DNA from: Enhygromyxa sp.
GTDB taxonomy: Bacteria > Myxococcota_A > Polyangia > Nannocystales > Nannocystaceae
Direction of reading: 5' to 3'
DNA: 28,495 nucleotides
NCBI GenBank assembly: GCA_035538075.1
Contig: DATLLB010000360.1
Coordinates: 1-28,495, forward strand
Shown here: positions 22,428 through 28,495 of the stretch, in pieces
Layout of the letters: each line of letters begins with the position of its first letter
Numbering within the stretch: the stretch's first letter is position 1
The notes under the pieces: model-generated
Told to the model about the DNA's origin: nothing
Seen by the model: only the letters and a program-made list of their open reading frames with translations
Database searches by the model: none
Program-made: the position numbers and the translations under genes

Positions 22428-23747
22428 TCAGCGCTTGGGCTTGCGACCGAGTCGCAGGCCGGTGCCCGTGTGCGTGCCTTCGTTGCTGCGGGCCGGCGCG
22501 GAGCCGGTGCGATAGCTGGCCGAGCTGGTCGACTCGCGCGGGGCCTCGCCTTCGCCCTCGGCCTTGCGCTTGGGTCGGCCGGCTCGACGCAGGCTGCCGC
22601 GCTTGGCTCGACGGCGAGCTTGCGCCTCCTCGTCGAGCCACGGTGACGAAGGCTCGCGCTCGCGCTCGTCGGGCGCTTCGTCGAGCAGCGGATCGTCGTC
22701 GTCGAGCTCTTCGAACGCGACCGGCTCACGCTCGGGCCGGCGCGGTCGAGCGACCGTTCGCTCGCGGCTGTCCTCCCACTCGAGCTCGCGCGTGATCGGG
22801 CGATCGTCCCAGTCCTCTTCTTCGCGCTCCGGCTCGCGCTCGCGCGCGAGCGAGCCCGCGGGTGCGAGGCGCTCGGGGCTGCGGCGGCCGGCGTCCAGGC
22901 GACCGGACGAGCGAGTCGTCGGCGTGAACGGCTGCGTCGGCTGCTCGTGAGCGCGGCGCGGCGCGTCGGTCTCCCAGCGATCCTGCTCCCAGCGCTCCTG
23001 CCCGTGCTCGCGTGGTCGCGCCGCAGGGCTGCGCGCGAGCGGGCGCTCGTACTCCTCGCGCCGCGGCTCCCGAGCGCGACGCGAGGACGGCTCGTCGGCG
23101 TACAAATCTCGACGCGGGCGCTCGGGCTCGCGGATCGGCTCGCGCCGACCAGGCCGCTCGCGCTCGTAGTCGTCCCTTCGCAGCTCGCGACTCACACGCG
23201 GCGGGGGCTCGGGCTCGCTCGGCCCCAGCCACGGCGCCGCGCTCAGCTCGGCGTTGCGTCCGGCGGCGTGCGGATCATCGATCTCGCTGGCGAGCCCGAT
23301 GCCCGGCGGTCGCCAGCCGGCGTCCATGCGCTCGCGCATCAGCTCCTGCACCTGCCGCAGCAACGCGAAGTACTCCTTGCGCGTGCGCTTCTCGTTGAGC
23401 ACGTAGAACTCGACGCCCTCGAGCCCGACGCAGCCGAGGCAGTGCACGCAGTCGATGCAGCTCACGCACAGCGTCAGGTAGCGCGAGCTCCTGCAGTCGC
23501 GGCAGTCCTCGCAGTAGCTGACCTTCTCGCAGCTGACACAGCGCTTCGACTGCGTGCAGCTGGTGCAGTCGATCGACTCTTCGCAGTAGGTGCAGTCCTC
23601 GCACGAGTCACAGCCCACGCAGAATCGACAGTGGTTGCACTTGCGACAGTCTTCGCAGCCGAAATTGCCCTCGCCCGGCTCGTCGTCCGTGGTCTCGCGC
23701 TCGTCGATCAGCGTCTCGAGCGTGCGCAGAAAGTCGTCGAGGGTCAT
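22428..23747 (-). CDS. cytoplasmic Cys-lattice protein with Arg/Glu/Pro-rich disordered C-terminal tail
   Basis: Start at ATG 23747 (MTLDDFLRTLETL). No signal peptide. aa 31-106 hold 21 Cys spaced only by multiples of 3. The remaining ~290 aa are low-complexity R/E/P/D-rich. The ORF is uninterrupted with a clear codon-position bias. Confidence 0.75.
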   Translation of the reverse strand: MTLDDFLRTLETLIDERETTDDEPGEGNFGCEDCRKCNHCRFCVGCDSCEDCTYCEESIDCTSCTQSKRCVSCEKVSYCEDCRDCRSSRYLTLCVSCIDCVHCLGCVGLEGVEFYVLNEKRTRKEYFALLRQVQELMRERMDAGWRPPGIGLASEIDDPHAAGRNAELSAAPWLGPSEPEPPPRVSRELRRDDYERERPGRREPIREPERPRRDLYADEPSSRRAREPRREEYERPLARSPAARPREHGQERWEQDRWETDAPRRAHEQPTQPFTPTTRSSGRLDAGRRSPERLAPAGSLAREREPEREEEDWDDRPITRELEWEDSRERTVARPRRPEREPVAFEELDDDDPLLDEAPDEREREPSSPWLDEEAQARRRAKRGSLRRAGRPKRKAEGEGEAPRESTSSASYRTGSAPARSNEGTHTGTGLRLGRKPKR

Positions 23748-23862
23748 TTGCCGCTCGTTCGAGGGTACGCGCCTGCTTCGTCCAGATCCAATCAATCCGC
23801 ACGCGATGCGCCGCGCCGTCTGGACGGATGCGCCGGTGCGCGACTACACTCCGCCGGCTTTC

Positions 23863-24393
23863 ATGCACGCACTCCAACGAATCGGCCGCGTAGCGCTGGC
23901 TGCGCTGGCCTTCGGAACAGCGCTGGGCTGCCAGCCCAAGATCGGCGATCCGTGCAAGCGCGCGCTCGACTGCGGAATCAACGTGATCCGCCAGTGCGAC
24001 GTGTCGAACGCCCCGCGCGATCCCAACGGCGAAGGCGAGTGCATCGTCGAGAACTGCAGCTACGGCGTGTGCCCCAAGGAGGCGGAGTGCGTGAAGATCT
24101 ACGCCTCCGAGTTCCTCTCGGTCAGCTGCGATCCCGACCTCGAGGACGTGCCCGCGTCGTCCGACGGCGTCGCGATCCTCGACGACTGCAGCCCCAACGA
24201 GGTCTGCCTGCCCGAGGGCCTCTGCGCCGATGAGATCCGCGCGCGGACCAGCTGCCGGCTCGAGTGCGACGACAACCGGGACTGCCGCGACAACTACAAG
24301 TGCGTGAGCACTGGCGTCGGCGGGGTCTACGTCGCCCCCGATCCGGCCGATCCCACCGCCCAGCACACCACGAAGATCTGCGTCCCTCGCTGA
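23863..24393 (+). CDS. secreted Cys-rich lipoprotein
   Basis: Start chosen at ATG 23863 (MHALQRIGRVALAALAFGTALGC, signal peptide plus lipobox); alternative ATG at 23806. The mature part has 16 further Cys in CxxxxDC / ECDDNRDCRDNYKC-type spacing, consistent with a disulfide-rich extracytoplasmic domain. Confidence 0.7.
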   Translation: MHALQRIGRVALAALAFGTALGCQPKIGDPCKRALDCGINVIRQCDVSNAPRDPNGEGECIVENCSYGVCPKEAECVKIYASEFLSVSCDPDLEDVPASSDGVAILDDCSPNEVCLPEGLCADEIRARTSCRLECDDNRDCRDNYKCVSTGVGGVYVAPDPADPTAQHTTKICVPR

Positions 24394-24400
24394 GTTCTCA

Positions 24401-24465
24401 AGTGCTTTTCGGCGATGCGCCGAAACACACTCCCAAAAATCGCTGCGCGATTTTCGGGAGCACGC
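24401..24465. repeat. 65-bp double-hairpin repeat, copy B (inverted relative to copy A)
   Basis: AGTGCTTTTCGGCGATGCGCCGAAACACACTCCCAAAAATCGCTGCGCGATTTTCGGGAGCACGC. Its reverse complement matches 22355-22419 at 63 of 65 positions. It fills the 81-bp gap between convergent genes. Confidence 0.85.
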
Positions 24466-24474
24466 GAACACAAC

Positions 24475-25737
24475 TCAAAATAACTCGGGGATTGGCTTGC
24501 CGGCTTCGTCGACGGTGGTCACCGGGCGGCCTTCGGGCGTGACGTGGACCTCGCCGGCGTCGAGGCCGAGCGCAGTCGCGAGGCTCGCGTAGAGCTCGGG
24601 TACGGTCACCGGACGCTCGCGGATCTCCTCGCCGTCGCGATCGCTCGCGCCGATCACCGCGCCGCCGCCGATCGGTCCGCCGCCGAGCACCACCGAGCTG
24701 ATCTTCGGGAAGTGATCGCGGCCGCCCTTGCCGTTGATGCGAGGCGTGCGGCCGAAGTCGCCGAGCCACACCAGCAAGGTGTCGGACCACAGGCCGCTGG
24801 CGATCAGATCGTCGATCAGCGCCGCGGTGGCGCGATCGAGCTCGGCCGAGAGCGTGCGGACCTGCGCGAAGTTGTCGTCGTGGGTGTCCCAGCCGCGCAT
24901 GCCGACCTCGACGAAGCTGACTCCGGCCTCGAGCAAGCGTCGGGCCATCATGCAGCCGTCGGCGAAGCGGCCGTTGCCGTAGCGCTCGCGCGCGGCTCGG
25001 GGCTCGCGGTCGAGCTCGAACGCGCCGAGCTGCGGCGCACGACTCATCGCGACCGCCTGCTCACCGACCGCTCGCGCCGCGCTCACGCGCGCCGAACCAT
25101 GGTCGCGGGCAAAGTTGCTCTCGAGATCGCGCCACAGCTCGACGCGTCGATCGACCCGCGCGGGCGCGAGGTCGTTGGGCGGCGCGAGGTTGCGAACCGG
25201 CTTGCTCGCGTCCGGCACAGTGAACGGCGCCCAGCCAGCGCCGAGATAGCCGGGCCCGGTGCCCGGCAAGTTGAGGGTCACGAAGCCGGGCAGATCGTCG
25301 CTCTCGTGGATCGAGCGAGCGACGTGCGAGCCGAACCCCGGATGCGAGACGCCGCCCTGCGGGACGAAGCCGGTCTGCATCAGATAGCGCGCGCGCTCAT
25401 GGTTGCCTTCCTTGGCGGTCAGCGTGCGGATCAACGCGAGGTGGTGCATGCGGGCCGCGAGCATCGGCAGGTGCTCGGAGACCTGCAGGCCGCTGACCGA
25501 GCTCTCGATCGCCTTGAACTCGCCGCCGGTCGGGCGCCCGGGCTTCGGATCGAAGGTGTCGATCTGGCTGGCGCCGCCGTGCATGAACAGCACCACGCAG
25601 CGCTTGGCCGCGACCACGTTTGCGAGCGCGTCGGTGCCTGCGTGCGCGCGGCGAGAGCTCGAGCCCGCGCCGGCCAGGAGCGTCATGAGCCCCGCCCCGA
25701 GGCCCGTGCGAAGAAAGCTGCGTCGATCGAGGGTCAT
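24475..25737 (-). CDS. DUF1501 domain-containing protein (sulfatase-like fold, Tat signal)
   Basis: 420 aa. Twin-arginine signal MTLDRRSFLRTGLGAG. Blocks VLFMHGGASQIDTFDPKP, GNHERARY, GWDTHDDN, WLGDFGRTPRIN and GRDHFP are typical of DUF1501. Confidence 0.85.
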   Translation of the reverse strand: MTLDRRSFLRTGLGAGLMTLLAGAGSSSRRAHAGTDALANVVAAKRCVVLFMHGGASQIDTFDPKPGRPTGGEFKAIESSVSGLQVSEHLPMLAARMHHLALIRTLTAKEGNHERARYLMQTGFVPQGGVSHPGFGSHVARSIHESDDLPGFVTLNLPGTGPGYLGAGWAPFTVPDASKPVRNLAPPNDLAPARVDRRVELWRDLESNFARDHGSARVSAARAVGEQAVAMSRAPQLGAFELDREPRAARERYGNGRFADGCMMARRLLEAGVSFVEVGMRGWDTHDDNFAQVRTLSAELDRATAALIDDLIASGLWSDTLLVWLGDFGRTPRINGKGGRDHFPKISSVVLGGGPIGGGAVIGASDRDGEEIRERPVTVPELYASLATALGLDAGEVHVTPEGRPVTTVDEAGKPIPELF

Positions 25738-25746
25738 GGTGTCCGA

Positions 25747-27399
25747 TCAGTGGTTGGAGGCGAACTCGCTCGAGTAGAGCATTGCGAACATCAGGTCTTC
25801 CCAGTCGCGGGCCCGCTCGCCGTCGCCGACCGCCTCGCGTGCGAGCGCGAGCTCGTCGGCGCTCGGGCGACGGCCGTAGACGGTCAGCCACAGCGCCTCG
25901 AGCCGCGCGTCGGTGGCCTCGCTCGCGGACAGGATCTCCGCGAGGCTGCCGCCCTCGCGCGCGACCACGCCTTGATTGGTGATCGCCCCGTTGAGCAGCA
26001 GCAGCGCCTGCGGGACGTTGCCCGAGAACGCGTCGGCGCTGCCCATCTCGTCGTCCGAGAACACGAACTGGTACTCGAGCAGCGCAGCCTCTCGGCGCTG
26101 CCGGACGGCCTTGCGAAACGCCCGGCCTTCGACCTGCTCGAGCCCGGTCACGGTGATCAACGACGCGAACAGCTGCTCGGCCGAGAGCGGTCGCACGGCC
26201 GCGCGCGCGAACGCGGCCTCGGCTGCGGCGATCTTCGTGGGCTCGGTCTGCGGCCCGATCGAGCTGCGCTGATACGCCTGCGAGAGCACGACGCTGCGGA
26301 TCAGCGCGCGCAGGTCATGGCCGCTCGCGCGAAACTCCGCGGCCAACAACGTGAGCAACGCCGGCCGCTCGCTGGCGTCGAGCAGGTCATCCCAGGGCTC
26401 GACGATCCCGCGCCCGAGCAAGCGCGTCCACACGTGGCCGACCGTGGCCTCGGCGAAGCGCGGATCCTCGACGATCAGCGCGGCCAGCTGCGCGCGACGA
26501 TCCTCCGCGTCCGCTTCGTTCGCGGCGCCCATGAAGCGCGGCGCGATCAATTGCTTGGGTGCGTCCTCGCGATCGTCGAGCGCCACGCGAAGCTCTCCCC
26601 GCGGACGCTCGCGCACCTCGGCCGCAGGCGGGCCCTCGCCCGAGCGATCGAACGCGACCTTGGTGCGCCCGAAGAAGGCTGCCTGCGCCCAAAAGTCCTC
26701 GCGCGAGAAGCTCGGGTCGTACGGGTGATCGTGACACTGCGCGCACTCGATCTTCGCGCCCAAGAACACCCGCGCGGTGGTCGAGCTCAGATCGGCGACC
26801 AGCTCCTCGCGCGGCACTCCACGGGCCGCGCGTCCAGCCAGGTAGCCCAGCTGTGCGGCGTCATCGAGCGAGCCTTCACTGGCGAGCAGCTCGTCGACGA
26901 CTCGATCCCACGCGCGGTTCTCCAGCAGCGCCGCGCTGAAGTAACGCTCGAGCGACTCGCCGGCGATCCGTCGCACGCGAGCGTCGCTGGGCAGCAGCGC
27001 GTCGACCCAGATGCCGGCCCAGTGCGCCGCGAACTCGTCACTCGACAGCAGCGCGTCGATCGTCTTGCTGCGCTTGTCGGAGCTCGCGTCGGCCAGGAAC
27101 GCCTCGACCTCGGCCCGCGTCGGGACTCGGCCGATCAGATCCAAGCTCGCGCGGCGCAGGAACTCGGCGTCGCTCGCCAGCGGGCTCGGCTCGATCCCCC
27201 GCTCGGCCCAGCGACGCTCGAGCTCGGCGTCGAGCGGCGAGGCGTGGGCCGAGGGTTGTTCGCGCGGCTGCGGCTGCGGCTCGGCCTCGCTGCCCGATCG
27301 CCCGGCACAGCCCAGGCTCAGCAGGGCGACCACGATCCCCATGCGACCGAGCGCCGCGGCGGCGCCGAGCTTGGGTTGGACTTGCATCGCCCTTGGCAT
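25747..27399 (-). CDS. DUF1549/DUF1553 domain-containing lipoprotein
   Basis: 550 aa. Signal peptide with lipobox LLSLGC. DUF1549-type RRASLDLIGRVPTRAEVEAFL. DUF1553-type CAQCHDHPYDPSFSREDFWAQAAFF. It ends 9 nt upstream of the DUF1501 gene start, the usual pairing. Confidence 0.85.
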   Translation of the reverse strand: MPRAMQVQPKLGAAAALGRMGIVVALLSLGCAGRSGSEAEPQPQPREQPSAHASPLDAELERRWAERGIEPSPLASDAEFLRRASLDLIGRVPTRAEVEAFLADASSDKRSKTIDALLSSDEFAAHWAGIWVDALLPSDARVRRIAGESLERYFSAALLENRAWDRVVDELLASEGSLDDAAQLGYLAGRAARGVPREELVADLSSTTARVFLGAKIECAQCHDHPYDPSFSREDFWAQAAFFGRTKVAFDRSGEGPPAAEVRERPRGELRVALDDREDAPKQLIAPRFMGAANEADAEDRRAQLAALIVEDPRFAEATVGHVWTRLLGRGIVEPWDDLLDASERPALLTLLAAEFRASGHDLRALIRSVVLSQAYQRSSIGPQTEPTKIAAAEAAFARAAVRPLSAEQLFASLITVTGLEQVEGRAFRKAVRQRREAALLEYQFVFSDDEMGSADAFSGNVPQALLLLNGAITNQGVVAREGGSLAEILSASEATDARLEALWLTVYGRRPSADELALAREAVGDGERARDWEDLMFAMLYSSEFASNH

Positions 27400-27676
27400 C
27401 CCACGCTCGCGCGTCGAATGCAGCTGTCTTGATGTGGGCTTTTGCTCGGGTTTACGGCCGCTTCACGCGCCGCACGCCGGTCCGGGCTGGTAGACTGAAA
27501 TTGTACCGCCCGTAAACGCGGGTCGATCCCACTGCGACATGACGGACGTGCTGTCACCAGCAGAAGACCGCGGCTGCGGTGCGGCATCGATCGGGGCGCT
27601 GCGACCTCAGCTCGTGCCCAGCCCTGCCACCGAGTCGGCCACGCCTCGGGAGCGCACGATCGAGCGTTTCGATCGG

Positions 27677-28243
27677 ATGGACGAGATCGAGCTGATGCGG
27701 GCCGTGGCGGCCCACGAACCCAAGGCCGAGGCCGAGCTCGTTCGTCGGATCATCGCGCTGGTGCGGGCGCGGGCGCGGGTGCTGACCCGCAGCAAGGCCG
27801 ACGCCGACGATGCGGCCCAGAGCGCGATGGTGGAGATCCTGCGCTCGGCCCCCAACTACCGGGGTGACGGCTCGCTCGCGGGCTGGTGCGAGCGCATCAC
27901 GGTGCGCACGACCTTGCGCCTGCAACGAAGGCAAGCGCGGGTGGTCGCGCCGATCGACCTGGCGGTCAACCCCGACGACGTGAGCGCGACCGTCCCCGAG
28001 CAGAACCTGTCCGAGACGATCCCCGGCGGCGAGGTCGAGCGCTACCTGCTCGAGCTCTCCGACGATCGCCACAAAGCGCTGGTCCTGCGCCACGTGCTGG
28101 GCCACTCGGTCGACGAGATCGCCGAGCAGACCGGCGTGTCCCCCAACACCGTGAAGGACCGGCTTCGCATGGCCCGAAAACAAGTCCGACAGGCGATCCG
28201 CAAGCACGAGCTGATCGCCTCCGTCAAGCGAGGGCGCCCATGA
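27677..28243 (+). CDS. RNA polymerase ECF-type sigma-70 family factor
   Basis: Start preferred at ATG 27677 (MDEIELMRAV); the ORF is open from 27539. Region 2 AQSAMVEILRSAPNYRGDGSLAGWCERITVRT. Region 4 LSDDRHKALVLRHVLGHSVDEIAEQTGVSPNTVKDRLRMARKQV. Confidence 0.8.
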   Translation: MDEIELMRAVAAHEPKAEAELVRRIIALVRARARVLTRSKADADDAAQSAMVEILRSAPNYRGDGSLAGWCERITVRTTLRLQRRQARVVAPIDLAVNPDDVSATVPEQNLSETIPGGEVERYLLELSDDRHKALVLRHVLGHSVDEIAEQTGVSPNTVKDRLRMARKQVRQAIRKHELIASVKRGRP

Positions 28244-28495
28244 GCCAGCACGACGTCGAGCGTGACCGCTGGGAGGCGCTGATCGAGCGTGAAGCGATCG
28301 GTGAGTCGCTCGCGGCCGAGGAGCAGGAATTCATCGCCCGCTACGAAGCGGAGCACCTCGAGCTCGCGCACGAGCGAGCGGTGTTCGAGGCTGCGATCGA
28401 CTCGCTGCGCGAGCAGCTCGAGGTCGAGGACGACGAGCTGACGCTCGCGCGCCAGGGCCAAGCTGCGCTGGCCCGCTATCGATCGGAGCGCGACG
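28240..28495 (+). CDS. putative anti-sigma factor (partial, continues beyond right edge)
   Basis: ATG 28240 overlaps the sigma-factor stop (ATGA). The frame stays open to the window edge (MSQHDVERDRWEALIEREAIGESLAAEEQEFIARYEAEHLELAHERAVF...). Position and coupling are typical of a cognate anti-sigma, but no diagnostic motif is seen in the visible part. Confidence 0.45.
   Translation, partial: MSQHDVERDRWEALIEREAIGESLAAEEQEFIARYEAEHLELAHERAVFEAAIDSLREQLEVEDDELTLARQGQAALARYRSERD

Noticed and set aside
24544-27432. 962-aa plus-strand ORF
   Set aside because: It is antisense to the DUF1501 and DUF1549/DUF1553 genes, which have clear family motifs, signal peptides and operon spacing. The plus-strand product is a low-complexity Arg/Ala/Gly/Leu sequence.
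27513-27538. Possible ECF-type promoter TAAAC-N17-CGAC upstream of the sigma factor gene
   Set aside because: It is only a loose resemblance to GGAAC-N16/17-CGTC consensus motifs. It would sit immediately at the alternative ATG 27539. It cannot be supported without the ECF group's known motif or TSS data.
1-28495. Scan for CRISPR arrays, IS elements, transposase/integrase/recombinase ORFs, group II intron or retron RT motifs
   Set aside because: I saw no regularly spaced direct repeats and no DDE, tyrosine/serine recombinase or YxDD reverse-transcriptase motifs in any frame of the ORF track. The only repeats found are the 65-bp inverted pair and the two related tRNA-Ser genes.

Overview
This is a high-GC bacterial chromosomal window with tightly packed genes. 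The gene content is a giant kinase-like/TPR protein, a DUF1501 plus DUF1549/DUF1553 pair, Cys-rich lipoproteins and an ECF sigma factor. That mix suggests a myxobacterium-like deltaproteobacterium, but this is inference only because no database search was possible. I support about 30 CDS, two tandem tRNA-Ser genes, one degenerate tRNA-like element, a 65-bp inverted-repeat pair and a few terminator-like hairpins. Many of the longest ORFs in the track (1895 aa, 962 aa, 608 aa, 589 aa, 492 aa) are Arg/Ala/Gly-rich antisense shadows of real genes and are rejected. The housekeeping part contains trmB translationally coupled to a patatin-like lipase, pepD, cysE, two S41 peptidases, a Crp/Fnr regulator, an SDR epimerase, and ExbD. 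Three loci look accessory or unusual. (1) A 2017-aa protein has an N-terminal SIR2-like domain lacking the catalytic Asn, a protein-kinase fold with all four key catalytic residues substituted, about 1000 aa of TPR-like helical repeats and an unassigned C-terminal domain. Directly upstream on the same strand is a translationally coupled three-gene module (PTH2-like hydrolase, 87-aa protein, standalone S24-like peptidase). The first ORF of that module begins inside a decayed tRNA-like sequence. (2) A divergent two-gene Cys-rich cassette is bracketed by two 63/65-identical 65-bp double-hairpin repeats in inverted orientation. One of its products carries 21 Cys on a strict 3-residue lattice followed by an Arg/Glu/Pro-rich tail. 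(3) A degenerate HisKA-like protein forms an apparent operon with a WYL-domain regulator next to the tRNA-Ser pair. I saw no CRISPR array, transposase or integrase. All functional calls rest on motifs read by eye and should be confirmed with HMM or structure searches.
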